Of a stretch of DNA of 64,000 nucleotides, positions 33,692-49,200 are shown piece by piece. The position numbers were made by a program, and so were the translations under genes. The notes below the pieces were generated by a model, which was not told the origin of the DNA, did no database searches, and saw only the letters and a program-made list of their open reading frames with translations. Where the stretch lies: positions 992,001 to 1,056,000 of the forward strand of contig JBBPEB010000030.1 in the NCBI GenBank assembly GCA_039096225.1. The letters are read 5' to 3'. The stretch comes from Blastocystis sp. Blastoise. Its lineage: Eukaryota > Protista > Bigyra: Opalinata. Positions within the stretch are counted from its first letter, which is position 1; every line of letters starts with the position of its first letter.

Positions 33692-35391
33692 ATGGTATGT
33701 AATATGATAGATAGATCTTCTTATAGTGTTATATATGATCATTTTGTTTACTTCATGTACTTATTGGAATTATATACTTATCCTTGTAACAATCGTGCTA
33801 TGATGGCTTTAATTGCCGCTGAATATAACCATATTGATATTAAGGTTCCTGAATTCAACTTTGGTGTTGAAAACAAGACTCCTGAATTCCTTGCCTTAAA
33901 TCCTAATGGTCAAGTTCCTACTCTTAAGACTCCTCAAGGTGGTCTTTTTGAATCTACTGCCATTGCTCGTTATGTTGCTCGTATGCGTGCTGATACTGAA
34001 CTTATGGGTGCTTCTTTCTATGAACAAGCTCAAGTTGATCAATGGATTGATTGGTGTAACTGTAATGTTGTTCCTACTATTAATCAATGGTTCTACACCT
34101 GTATGGGATATTTAGTTCCTAATCCTAAGGTTATTAAGACTGCTTCTGAAGATTTAAAGAAATATCTTCAAATTCTTAATGAACATCTTGTCAACAACAC
34201 TTATATGGTTGGTAATAAGATTACTCTTGCTGATATTGTTCTCGTTTGCTATTTACTTAACGGATTCAAATTCCTCTTTGAAGAATCTTATCGTGCTCCT
34301 TATGCTAGTCTTCTTCGTTGGTTCCTTACCTGTGTCAATCAACCATATAATATATTTTTTTAATAGTTTAAATTATTTATATATTTTAAATATAATTGTA
34401 TTATTGATATATAATGATTTATAATGATATATAATGATATATAATAATTTATAATGATATATAATAATTTATAATGATATATAATGATTTATAATGATAT
34501 ATAATGATATTGATATATAATGATATATTTTTATTGTGAAAATAAAAAATTTATTATTCTATATATATATTATATTATTAATTTCAATATAATAAAACTA
34601 TTATTTATTATAGCCTGAATTCTATGCTGTTATGGGACAAGTTGATCTCTGTGAAAAGGCTCTTACCATTCCTGCTAAACCTATATATATATAATATATA
34701 TACTATTATTATCACATTTTTTTTTATAAACATATATATAAACTATTTAAATAGTATATAAATATTCTATTTATATATAGCTAAGGAAGAAAAACCTAAG
34801 AAGGAAGAAAAGGCTAAGAAAGAACAAAAACCTAAGAAGGAAGAAAAGAAACCTAAGGCTGAAGAACCTGAAGATGATATGATGGAAGAAGAAAAGCCTA
34901 AGAAGAAGGTTCAACCTTTCAGTGATCTTGCTCCTACTCCTTTTGTTCTTGATACTTGGCTTAAGATTTATTCTAACACTAAGACTAACTTCTATTCTGT
35001 TATGGATCAATTCTGGCCTATGTTTGATAAAGAAGGTTGGTCTATTTGGTTCTGTGATTATTTATATAATGATGAAAACCTTGTTGGTTTCAAGACTGCT
35101 AACCTTGTTTCTGGTTTCATTCAAAGATCTGATGAAGTCCGTAAATATGGTTTCGGTAACATGAACATCCTTAAGAACGATGACGAAAAGTTCTACACTA
35201 TTCGTGGTTGTTGGTTATTCCGTGGCCAAGGTAATGACTTTATGCTTGAAGTTAATCCTGATGCTGAATGTTATAAGTGGACTAAGGTTGTTGACTACAC
35301 TGATGCTGATAAACAAAAGATTGCTGATATGTGGTGTGCTTCTGAACAAATTGAAGGACAAAATATTGTTTCCAATGAAGTCTTCAAGTAA
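33692..35391 (+). CDS. EEF1G: Translation elongation factor 1-gamma (eEF1B-gamma)
   Basis: GST-like N-domain (LYTYP.N.RA, NPNGQVPTL, LFESTAIARY, TLADI, RWFLTCVNQPEF), Lys/Glu linker and C-domain (FVLDTWLKIYSN, FDKEGWSIW, NLVSGFIQR, GCWLFRGQ). Introns 34343-34613 and 34681-34780 lack GT donors (see findings). The start may instead be ATG 33755. Confidence 0.95.
34401..34525 (+). repeat. 10-bp minisatellite (ATAATGATWT)n in EF1-gamma intron
   Basis: About 11 imperfect copies of ataatgatat/ataatgattt/ataataattt. Confidence 0.85.
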
Positions 35392-36227
35392 ACTAAATAC
35401 TAATAGTTCATTATTTATATAATTTATTCCATTTACTAGATATATAATAATAATAATTATATATATATGCATATGGTTGCTTTTTATATAAATAGAGTTC
35501 TTTTTTTAAAAATTTTAGTTTGTTTATACATCATTAAACAATTCTTTTTAATCCTTTAATTTAATATTTCATTCAATGAGTTTTGTTGTATAAATATTAA
35601 AACAAAAAAATTGTTTTCTAATAAAGTTTATTGTATATTATGTCTACAAATAGAAAAAAGTATTTACTTTACATTTAATTAAACATAAGGAAATACACAA
35701 ACATTTTTTAAAAATAAATATCGTTCAGTCTATTTGTTAAAGAATGGCTTGCTAATTATTGAAATAAAATCGAAATATTTTTATGAACTTATTAAGATAG
35801 AGAGTAGTCAATAAATATATACTTTATATCCTATAATAAAGGAATTATAAGTTGATCCTTCATTTTTTGAAAAGATTTCAAGTCGAAAACATATCGATTG
35901 AATCTCTTATATAAAAAGATGAGCATGTATGGCTTAATAAAAGATAAAACCATGTGATATAATTACAGTTTATGAATATACTAATTTTAGAATTGTGTTC
36001 AAAGTTCATTTCTATGTGACCTCCAAATTGGGAAAAGATTCTTTTCTACTGGAAAAAACAATAGTTTCACGGGGATCCACTCTTTATTTTTGGAAGTATC
36101 TAGTTAGGATGTTTGTTTTTCGTGAATATTTTAAGATGACTTACTAAAAATATCTCTTGTTTCTGTAGAATCTACTTTACGAGTTTTAATAATAAAATTG
36201 CCTATATATTGTGAATAACGTCAGATT

Positions 36228-39200
36228 ATGAGCTTTCATAAAGGTGACTTCTTTACAACAGTATATCTATGTTTTAATACTCTCTAAATATAAAATAGAC
36301 TGGGAGAAATCAGACATTTGGTGTTGTTGTAGAGGAACCAAACTCTAATATTGCAACAGTTCTGACAAATGACAATAGAAATGTATTCATGGAAATGAAT
36401 ACTTCAAACTTGAAGAAAATTTCTATTCCTGATTGCAAACATATCGTTAGTAAGTTGATATCTTATTAGATTCATATGTGTTACACTAAAATATAATTAG
36501 ACAATCATACAAAAGTTGAATTTAAAAGGCGATGCCATGTTGCAGATGAAGAAGAGAATATGAATTCTCCATCTTATCCTTTTTCTGAGATGATACCACA
36601 ATCGATCAATATTCCAAATACATCAATTGACTTAAATGTATGATAATTTATGGAATACTATGGACTTTTTAAAAATCATTCAAAAATGGGATCTATAATA
36701 AGAATATTATTGTATATAGATTGATTTTCTCTCTGATAAACAAGGGAATCCTCTACCCAAACCTGTTGTTTATTCTTTTCCTTGTAAAAGTATACCTGAA
36801 GATGTTTTTCAAGATATAAGACTAGAAATTGTATGTTTATATATATTATATATATATATTGAATTTGTTTTTTATTACAATATATATGCTGGCTTTTATA
36901 TTTAATTTTTAAAGATAGTATTGTGTTGTTAAGAGTTATTTATGTTTTATATTTTTTAAATTATAAGTTTGCTTTAAATGTGCTAATTAACTATATATTG
37001 ATGATTATATTCATTTGAATTTCTATTTAGTTCCCCGTTATCGCAGAAGCTACTACATTCGTTTGTTTTCATTTGATTCCTGAACATATCAAGTAATATA
37101 TATATTTATATAATATAATAATAGTATATAATAATATAAATATTCTCGTTTATATAGTACTATCGTATTGAAAGATATTAATTATCCCCAGTGGACTATG
37201 AACTCAAGTTCAACTCTTATTTCTCAACCTTATAATTGTGAACTTCAAAAACAAGTATATATATATATTATTATATATGATTATAGATCTTTTTAATTGT
37301 GATTCTATTTCTATTTATTTGTTTATTATTTACTATTTATATATTTTAAATATTTATGGCCTTTATAATCATATATAATGAATGCTATTATTATATATAT
37401 AATTTTTTTTGTTTGTTTCGTATGAATTCTTTATTGTATATATAAATAACTATATGCTTATGGTATTTAATACTCTATATATATATAGGAATTACAGTTG
37501 GTTCTTACAGGAGATGTATCTTCTTGTTATTTCATTTCTATTCGAGATATCTATCTTACTCAAATATTTCATATTGTATGTAGTATAGTATTATATTATT
37601 ATATTATTATATTATTATATTATTATATTATTATATTATTATATTATTATATTATTATATTATTATATTATTATATTATTATATTATTATATTATTATAT
37701 TATTATATTATTATATTATTATATTATTATATTATTATATTATTATATTATTATATTATTATATTATTATATTATTATATTATTATATTATTATATTATT
37801 ATATTATTATATTATTATATTATTATATTATTATATTATTATATTATTATATTATTATATTATTATATTATTATATTATTATATTATTATATTATTATAT
37901 TATTATATTATTATATTATTATATTATTATATTATTTAATATATAATAATACACAATAATATAATATAATATATATAATATACAATAATATATATAGTTT
38001 ATTTCAGATGTTTCAGCCCAAAGTCAGTTCCTTCAAATAGAACATACAGCCTTCAATCTCACGGGTGTTGTTAATGATTTAGCCTGTATTCCTGCATTTA
38101 AAAATACTATGATGGACTTCGCTTCTATTATCTTGTATATATTTAGAATCATATAAACTTTATCTATCTATATATATATATATAGTTCTTCTTTATATAC
38201 ACCTGAATTTATAACTCTTGATTTAGCATTAGATAATGATTGTATATTATATATCTATTCAATTTATTCAATTTATTATAATTATATAATTTCTCATTAG
38301 GTTATTCGATGACGCAACCCTTCCTTCGTAGTGTGTCATCTCATTTAAATATGCGATTCTTAGAATGTAGAAGTGTGAAATATGATAAAAGCACTTCACT
38401 TGTCGCTAAATATGAATCTATTGAAGTATATTTTAATATACTATCATTATATATATATATATTTATATTCTATTTGTAACTTAAATAATACAGATAATAA
38501 TATGATTGTACTATTTATTATCACTCTAGATTCCTTGTTTGGCTAAAAAATGGCAATTAGAAGAATGCCGCGATCAAATCAATTTATTCTTTTATTATGG
38601 CGGGAAAGTGATTATTGAACCTGATGAAGAAGCACTTTCTTTAGGTATTATATATATATATATATTATATTTATACTTATATTATTTATATATATAGGAT
38701 TTAAATATGTACCCTTATATATAACAAAAGACGATGTTATTTTCCCTATATGTCATGAAGGTATATATATATATATCTATATATATATATATATAATATA
38801 GGTACAAATAGATCTCAAACCTTATATCAGGTATCTCTCGCTCTTCAGCGGTCTTTCGGTCTGGTGTCAGCGGAAGCGCCCATTCCTCCTCATGGTGTAT
38901 ATAGTGGATATGATCCTTATAATGCCACAGAAAAGGTGACAACGGATAATTATTATAAGTATATATATCTTATTTGTTTCTAGTGTTTTATTGTATAAGT
39001 ATTCTATTTATTATATATTATATATATTTGTATAGATATCTTCATAGCTCTTTTCGTCCTTCTTTCTATATGCAAGATACAGGAGATACTTTATCTAAAT
39101 CTTTTGTTGATGTATATATATAATATATATATTATATAATATATATATAATATATATGTAATATATATTATATATATAATATATATTATATATATTATAT

Positions 39201-42200
39201 ATATTATATATATTATATATATAATATATTATATATATTATATATTTTTATATATTTGGACATATTAACTCTAAATATATATATAATTTCTATACTACTT
39301 TCTCTATAGGCTTTTGAAGTCGAAAAGTGTCCGAGAGTAGGGGAGTTTGTGGGCCGAGATATGGATTTGAATCCTAATCGTAATTTCAGTAATTTGGATA
39401 AAATAGATCATAATCGTCTGACGATACGACAATATTTTGATGACTGTATATTCAAAGTACAATCTATTCGAAGAAATGTATATAGTATAATAATAATATA
39501 TATATATATATATATTTAGGGATATGTTTATATATGTTGCTTTGCTAAATCTTTTTCTGTTGTTTTGAATCGTTTAATTGAATGCAATATGGATAAAATC
39601 AAAGAAGGAGGTATATATATATATTATATAAATTTTTGATTAATTCGTTTTATTTTTTTTGAATTATATATATATATATTTATATTTCATAAATCTAATA
39701 ATATATATAGATCGTAATATATTTGCAGGATATATAATTGTATGGTTTCCTTTTCCTGATTCTGTTGGTCATTCTGCAACTTCGGTGGAAATTGATTTAT
39801 GGAGAGACACAATTCTTCAACAAACACAATTACGCGAGGTCTCCAATTATGTTCCATCGTCATCAGAGCAATCCTCAACAGTGTATCTTGATAAGGAACA
39901 CAAATATAGTTGTCAAGTAGATTGTCACATGATTCAATCTCATAATTATTTCCTAATGTTCGAAGATTATTCCTCTTTCTTTCATCTTATTAACACTCAA
40001 TCTCTCTATCCCAAAAACCTTTTTGAATGGGATTATTCTTATGTATATATATATATTCATATTATATGAACAATATACTATTGATAATGTCTTATACATA
40101 TATAGTTAGACCATGTTCCTAATTCTGAAGATTTCACTTATGAGTATTTCTGTATTACTGCACTCAATTCTATTTATCAATTATTCACTCATAAATACTC
40201 CAAACAGTATATATATATATATATAACTATAATAATGTATAGGCGGTATATAGTGGGTAAATCGGTGAGAACGGAGGATTGTCGTTGGTTACAGGAATAT
40301 ACATATTTAAATCATATATATCTCTATATGAAGCAGGCAGATATCATGCCAATTGTCCCTTTAACATTTATATTAACGAGAAACACTTGGATTAATGACC
40401 AAGAACAAACTGAAGACTTATTTGTATATATTATATTATATTATATTAATGTTTTATTTATATTTCATTTATATTTCATTTATATTTCATTTATATTTCA
40501 TTTATATTATATTATATTATATTATGTTTCATTTATATTATATTATATATACATTTTATCATATATATATAATATATATAGTTCTATGGTCCACTTCCGG
40601 CTATTATGGATCCCCAAAATATAACGCATACAAAAACAATGTTTCAAAAAACAAATAACTTTCAAGATAATTTTCTTATTTACAAATCGTTATATATGGA
40701 TATATACAAGTATCACTCACATGGTGTTATTTATAATAATCTAGATATTCAAAATGTATATATTTATATATAATATTTATATATTATATATTATATATAG
40801 GCTATTTATGTTGACCACGTTCCTCTTCTTTTTGATTTTTCCTATGCTATTCTAGACACTCGAACTCGTATATATATATTAGTTTACTCTTTCTATAAAC
40901 TGTCTCTTATTTCTATTCTATATGCTATTTTTTATATGTCTTCTATATATATTATATATATTATGTACCTTTTGCTTTATTTTTATAAAGTATCTTATTT
41001 ATTCTCTCATTCTTTATTGTTTTTTTCTTTTCTTTTTTTATAAATATGTTTATATATGTATATATTATTCTATGTCATGTATATTATTTTCATTAATAGT
41101 CTTTTTTTTTTATTTTTCTTTATATATATATTATAATCTGATTATATATATGTTGAATATAGCTCCAACGGATCGTTATTTGCTTCGTTTCACATCAGTT
41201 CCTGTACCGAGTGAATATATAAAACTTATTCACTTGAATTTTCCTCTTTACCCATCTGCTCTTACAGATCTATATTATATTAGTATATATATATATTTAG
41301 ATTTATCTTATATATATATGTTAATTATTATCTAGGTATAATTATCTTTACCTTCTTATATCATACTATTGACCCCAATGACCAATTATATTCTTTATAT
41401 TTCAAATCATCTATTGATAATATACAAGAAAGACAATTTATGGAAGTATATTATTCTTTATATATATATATATTTCTTATCCATACTCTTTCTTCTTTTA
41501 TTCTTATCTTCAATTTCTTATCTTATTTATTCAAACTATCAATTCAATTCTATATATTTCTATTTTTTTTTATGATTTGAATGTATATAACCACTTTTTA
41601 TTTATATTCTTTATTAGTATATATATATATATATATTTACAATCTCATTTTTTAAATACTATTTTATTATATATATTAAACATATTATCTTTTTTTACTA
41701 TTCTATTTAGCATTTAATTTCTTATACGAATGAATCTGAGCGATATACTTCTGTTGATATTCTATTTAATAACGTAACACCTTTCTCTATGATTATTCCA
41801 GATATACTTGAATGTCCTAATCATTATGCTATTTATCCTCCTAAAATTCCTTCTAGTGTTCAAATAGAAGCGAATCAATTCGTTCAGGATCATAGAGAGC
41901 AACTATTTGAAGAAGTAGGCACTCCTATTACTCCTTCTAATTCATCTCCTTCTTTAAGTTTATATCTTGATGATACTGATGTAAGTGCGTTATATAATCT
42001 CAGTGATACACTTATTATGAATACACCTGTTGAAAAGAGTCCTCCTACTATTATATATAAACATATGCAAAATGCTATCAAGTCACATAATCAAGCGAAT
42101 TTATCAATACAAAAAGAAGAAACTCAGAATAATTCAGCATCTTCTTTTTCTTCTATTCCTACAGATACTTCTAGTTCAACTTCTAGTATTCCTTCAAATC

Positions 42201-43453
42201 TACAATCACAAACATCTACTTTTTCTTCTATTTCAGAGAAGGAACTGTGTTCTTCTCTTCCTATAACAACATTCCCTTTTTCTGGACTTGATGATATTCC
42301 AGAACAGGCAACAGAAAAAGAAGAAGAAAAAGAAACAGTTCAATCTAATCAGCCAAGTATATTGATAGAACCAACTACTTCAACAGTACTTGATGATTCT
42401 ATAGAAATCGATTTGGATGGTATTGATGATGAAATTAACTTAGATTCTTTTGATACTACTATAAATAAGGAACAATTGAATACAGAAGAAATATCAAATA
42501 CATGTATAAAGGAGCCTTATAATAATGATACTAACGTAACATCATCATTTGTTGATACTAATATAATGCCATCCATGTTGACTACTATTAATAGTCCTTT
42601 AACTAATAGTGATTCTTCTCTTCCATCTATTACAAATAAAATAACTTCTGATCAACATAATACAATAGATAATAATTCAAATGAATCTATACAAGAAATA
42701 TGTGATGAATTAGATAATGATTTTATATTAAATAATAGCTTTTCTAAGTCGTTACCAGAAACTATTCATTCTACAGATTTTATTCCTTCAAGTTCTTCAA
42801 GGCTTTCTTCTTCATTGTCCTCTTCTTCCTCTTCTTCCTCTTCTTCCTCTTCTTCCTCTTCTTCCTCTTCTTCCTCTTCTTCCTCTTCTAATACTTCTGT
42901 TACCTCTTTACCATCTATTCCTTCTATTCAATCTATTCTACCTATGGATGCTAAAGTATTCAAAGAAATTCAATCGATTGACCATCCTTCTTCTTTCTCT
43001 TCTGGTCATCATACTCATCTTCCTGATCTCAATAAACCTGTACCTTCCATTCTTATAGGGAAAAGACCTTCAAATGTATCTATATTCCGAAGTGTACCTA
43101 TTATTCGTAATGATTCTAATAATAAGAATGATAACATGATTAAAGTAAATAATAATGGTACTACAATGAGTCATTCATTACCTTATGCTACTAAACATAA
43201 TATTCAAGTTGAACAAGAAGCAAAACAAGATTTAAATGCTATTTCTTCTTTATCTCCAAATCAATTGCCACCTATACCTTCATTTATTCAAGATAAAAAT
43301 TATAAGAAACCTAATACTGTTGTACATAATATCAAAGTTAATTGTAATAAATATCCACTATCTAAAGATACTAGTGATTCTTCTTCTGTAAATCCTATAA
43401 AAACACCTATATCTAATATTACAATAACAAATAATAATAATAATAATATCTCA

Positions 43454-43511
<58 letters not shown>

Positions 43512-44986
43512 TCTCAAATAATAATAATAATAATATATTAAATAATAATAATATATTAAATAATAATAATAATAATAATAATACTCCTTCTTCATTATAT
43601 ATATCTATACGACCTCAGTCTCCAATGAATGCGACTAGAGCTGCATATGAGCACAGATTATCTTTATCTGGTGCTGTTAGTCCTATTTCAAAGTTTTCTC
43701 GTTCTACATCGAAATCAAGACTTATGGAACCAATTCAATCCATTTCTATGAGTAATAAAATCGTACCTTCAAGTCCTAGTAATTCTACTAGATTTAGTAT
43801 TGTTGAAATGAGTAATAATTCTAAAAATTTGAATACAAATCAAAAAAGTAGTTTAAATTCAAAGATATATTCAAATGGTTCTTCTAATAAATCTAATTTG
43901 TCTATATCCTCAATAACTCCTGCTTCATCTACTTCTAAGAATGTAAGTTCGCTTACTGTAAATACTTCCTCTACTATAAATAATACTACTGATAATAATA
44001 ATATTAATATTAATACAACTAATATTACTAATAGTAAAATTAGTGGAGAAAGAAGAAAACGAAATAGTCTTGTTTTATCTAAGAAATATCAAGTTAATAA
44101 TTTGAATATATCTCTAGATATCGACGAATATAAACCTGAAGATATTAATACTCCTCAACAATGGATATTAGCTCTTTTTATGAAATATGTTTCTTTATGT
44201 AATATAATAATATCTAGAAAAGATGAAGATATTCCAAAGGGAAAGCTAGTAGAATGGAAACAAATAAATAAGGATGCTGCTTATTATATATTAAGTTATA
44301 TATTAAAGAATGTTATATCTACATTCAATATAGATTATGATAATGATAAATTTATTGCTAGTTATACACCTGAGAAAGATGAAGTTTCTACATTTACTTC
44401 TATACAATGTATTAATTCTTGTGATATTCTTTTTGATACTATTGTTCGTGAATCAAGAATTCAATTAAATAGTTTTTATCAACAAGTATTAAATCATGTT
44501 TCTACAAATCGATCGAATAGTAATATTCTAGAAAATAATGATGAATCTGATATTACTAGTCAAATGTATAGTCATTTAATGGCATTTATGAAAAATACTC
44601 AAGAACAATTTACAGATTTACAGAGATGGTATGATATGGTTAGTGAGTATAAGTATAATAATGAAGATAAACTTCAATCGTCTTCTCAAGATCATGATAC
44701 ATATATGTCAGTAGTATCTGTAGACAATACATCTATTGTAAATCCTATATCTTCTTCTGCTCAATCGATAACCTCTTCGAATTATATACCTGATTCTGAT
44801 AATTATTATTTAGTATCCACTCTTCCATCTTATTCACTATCTAACAATACAAATTCTCAGATTCAACAATTAACTCAATCTCTTCCAATTCTACCCTCTG
44901 AACCCTCTGTACATCATGGACTAAAAGTAGTCCGTACTCATTCTAAAAAAGTATTAGATTTATCAAAGAAAAAGAAGAATAACTAA
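36228..44986 (+). CDS. Large multi-exon protein: CX5RS phosphatase-like motif + pseudokinase domain + long Ser/Asn-rich low-complexity C-terminus
   Basis: About 20 exons join in frame by GT-AG introns from ATG 36228. VIFPICHEG|TNRSQ at 38736-38815. Kinase-fold motifs RYIVGK, WLQE, HSHGVIYNNLDIQN|AI, LFDFSYA, VPSE, TDLYYISIIIF and SERYTS (40107-41790). The last exon contains the 1065-aa ORF. Confidence 0.75.
37590..37935 (+). repeat. (ATATTATT)n 8-bp intronic tandem repeat
   Basis: ~340 bp of octamer repeat between the GT donor at 37576 and the AG acceptor at 37997. Confidence 0.9.
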
Positions 44987-46232
44987 ACATTTTTGTATTG
45001 ATTTATATGATTATGTATATATATTGTTTTTTTAAATAATTGATTTATGTGTTTTGTATTCTCTTTATTAATATGTAATAATAATATATAAACTAAAATA
45101 TTTTATTTTTTTTCTCTTTTTCGTGATATTCAATATAGTTTGTATGCTGTTTTGTTATTATATTTCAGGAGATTATAATTCATTTTATAAAAGAATTTTA
45201 TAAGCATTTTCTTGTTTTGATTATTCTATGCTATTTTTATGGACAATAGTATAGTAATTATATAGAATAAATATAAAGTATGACATGCTAGAAATACTAG
45301 AAGAAAAAATTCTTTTATTGTCGACAAATAGTGGTTTTTTTTTAAAAAGTTTTTTTTATATATATCTTAATATATATATATATTATTAATTTCATTTAGA
45401 AAATTGAATACACTAAAAAGTGAGTAAGAATAAAAGAATAGAGACGACTTAATTGATTAGAACTCAGTAAATTGAAAAACTTGACTCAACACATTAAATC
45501 AGAGCTAAAGGCAAGGATATGGTATGGGTTGGAGCGTTCTGATTCATGTTTTTCAATTTATAGCGTCCTAAGTCAATGATCTCTTTCCTAATTATGATAA
45601 TAAAGCATATATACTTATCAAAAAGATAATCCATGGTATCTAAATAATAGTTATATTAACTACAGCTATAAATGAATGAAAAATAATCTTTTAATGAAAA
45701 GCAATAATGAAATGATAATCAAAGAAGCGAATTCTGATTATATTATTTTCTAAAAAGATAGTAAAGACCGTGGATATAGAATTGAATTACTTTGTTTTGA
45801 ATATATATCGATAATAAATTTGAAAAAAAACAATTCTTATAATATTGGAATCAAAACTATGACATTCATAAACTGAACAAATTAGTATTACAAAAACTAT
45901 ATATATACAATAAAAATTCTTGCTTTTGCTTTAATAGCATTCATTCTTGTTACATTTTTTGATATTTTCTAAAACTGTAATAAAGTCAATTACCTCAATA
46001 TGAATCCTCAACTAATTATAATAAGATATATCCGTATAAAATTGATGAAAAACACTTAATTAAAAAATTTTATACTAAAAAAGAATACAAACATATGCTG
46101 GTTTGTTGAATAAAGAATTTAAAATTTTCGCTGAGTTTATATAAAAAACCGTAAATATAAAAAATTGATAACTACAAAGAATGACTATTTAACTTCGTTT
46201 AAAAAGAAACTGATAAGTTCCAGAGCAAACCC

Positions 46233-49200
46233 ATGGAACCTATTATATGTTTTATAGCTTTGATTATCCTGATGTCATTGGATCAGAGTAACTGATACCT
46301 TACATTATATATAATATATATATATAGGTTTGGCAACATGTCAAGAAGATACTATTGAAACTACTATTACTCGCCAATATGCTGATTGGGCAAAGTACGA
46401 AAGAGTTTCTGTTTATCAAGGCACTAAATCTACTGGAATACTTATTCATGACTTTCAGGGATATACTGGACAAGAATACTATGTAGAAAAGATCAAAATA
46501 TGCTTGAATCCTACTGTTCATACAGTGGTTGCAATTTCGTCGTAATTATATATAGATACAATATTTTATCTTTGAATTTTAAATATAATTAAAAAGTACA
46601 CTTGGTCTATGCTATTTTAATATATTTTCTAAATTCAAAATATTAGATAATATAAGATATTTTCTTGTTTCTTTTTTATCATTCATTTGTTAAGTATAAC
46701 AAATAAAATATATTTTATTTGTTACCAGTTAAGCTTCTATTTATGCTAAATACTGTTTTTATATAGTTGGGGAAAAGGTTGGAGTTATGGTTCTTATATA
46801 ATGTTATCTATACATTTATCCGTATTAAGTAAATATACTTTGAGTCAAGGTTCTTATGGTGAATTCTCTTTCTATCGTAAATATATATATATATATTTTT
46901 TTAATATTAACAAATAGTTCTATTATAAAAGTATTTCTTCATAACTATAAAGACTAACATCTGCTTTATATAGCTTATTACATACTAGATACTAGTAGTC
47001 CATGGAGATATACATCTACTCCTATTCCTTATAAAGAATGGATTTATTATTCTTATGATGATTCGAATTGGAATTATTATTATAGTGGTCGATTTCCTAC
47101 TCCTTCTTCTATTACTCGTTACTATAGACGTACTATTCAAATCAATAAAGATATTTCTGGCATTACGTTATTAGAATTATCCATTAAATCAAAAGAAGGT
47201 ATTATTATCTATATAAATTCAAAATTATTAACTTATCACTATGTTCAAAATATGGATCTATCTCCCAATGATTATGCAATTCAATCAGATCCAGCATATA
47301 CCTTAAAATCGTATTCAGGTAGTTATCAATATTATGTTGGTAATTCTACAGATATTATTATAGCTATTGAAGTTCATCAAGCAAAAAATGTACCTATTAC
47401 TAATGATGAATTTGAAGCTACATTATTATTTCTATCTGGAGATCAAGTACAACGTAGTATTAATGGTACATGTACTTCTACTCCTCTATATAAAGAAGAT
47501 CAGATAGCTGATAATGCATTTGATGGTTTATATACAACGAAATGGTCAGGATTAATGATCAATGAACGTGCTTCCTTATTATATACATTTCCAAATCAAC
47601 GTAAAGAATGGATTAATACAATAGATATGACATGTGATGTTTCTGATTATAAATCTCTTCCTAAATCCTTCTTTATTTCTGGATCTAATGATAATGGCAC
47701 TACTTGGGAACCTATTGCTTTCTATAGTAATTTAATGTTTACGAATATCAATGATTTACAAACATTTTATTTCTTATCTAATATACATTTATTTAATATT
47801 ATCAATATTACATTTACAGAAACCTATCAAACCTCTACTTATGTCTCGGTATTAAATATCAATTTCTATGCAAGTAATAAAGAGATTCTACAAGAATATT
47901 CTTATGGTTCTGATTCATATACTTGGTTTATTAGTATAGAGAAAGTGAATATTTCTCCTATTCATTCTGGTGTATCTGATTATAGAATGAAATCTCCTTC
48001 TTCTCTTCCTAAAGGATTGACACTAGATTCTATTTCTGGAACTATTAGTGGATATCCTACAGTTACTTTTAGTGATGATTTTATTATAGAAGCGTATAGC
48101 TATTTATATGAGAAAACTATTACTATTACATTTCATGTAGATATTTTAGTGTGTAGTAATGATAAATATGTAATTGTTGATTTAATAAAGAATTCAGCAG
48201 CTGCTTCTTATGAATATGAATATATAGAATTAATTAATATGAATAATACTACTATATATTTAGATCATGCTATTTCTTCTTCTCCTTATTATAGAACCTT
48301 ATGTTTATTAAAAGGTATATATATACTACGTTTATCATCATCAGGATCATTTTCTTGGTCTACTTCTTCCAATTTAAAAATATCCTTAAGAGATGATATT
48401 TATACTAATACTTTATTTTATGGCACTTTACATAGTGGATATTCAATAAAAGCATCAATCGCATTAGATTATCTAATAAACAACCGTGATTCTTCTGTTC
48501 TTTGTAAATTAGATAATGATACATTCATAGATTCTACTTGGTATACAAATGATTATTTTACTTCTTCTTCTTCTCCTATAACAAATACATGGTTTTCCTG
48601 TTTAAATACGTCTTCTCGATTGAAATATAATAGTTATAATCGTTATTATCGTACTACAATTACTATTGATGATGCTAATGAATATCAAGGTATAGAGATC
48701 ATATTAAAAGGTCCTAATGGTGTATTATTATATATAAATGAACAAATAGCTTATAAAACAGATCTTAATGATACTTCTATTCCTATTACAGATAATACTA
48801 TGCCTTCTAATAATAATACTAGTGTTACAATTAGAACTATTTCTATATCGATGAATTATTTTCATAATGGTATCAATACTATTGCTTTTGCTACTCTATA
48901 TAGTAGAACTACAAAATTACCTTATACGAATAATGTAGAATTAAGTATACATTATTTAGAATCTAGTGCTATATATCCTAGAACATGGAATATATTTGGT
49001 TCTATTAATACTACAGAAGTTGAGAATTATGTTTCTGTTTTATTTGATTTGGATTATTATACATCATTTGGTTTAAGGTTTTATAACAATAAAGAACAAC
49101 CTCGGCTGCTATCCTTATTTTATGAATCTAAGTACCGATTTGAATATATAAATTATTATTGTATAATAAGTCATTTCAGTTATCCTCAAGATGCTGTTGA

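Noticed and set aside
35389-35530. Blastocystis-type stop codons completed by polyadenylation (TGTTTGTT motif)
   Set aside because: All complete genes here have genomic stop codons. Only imperfect downstream motifs were seen (AGTTTGTTT ~35517, TGTTTGTC 15681).
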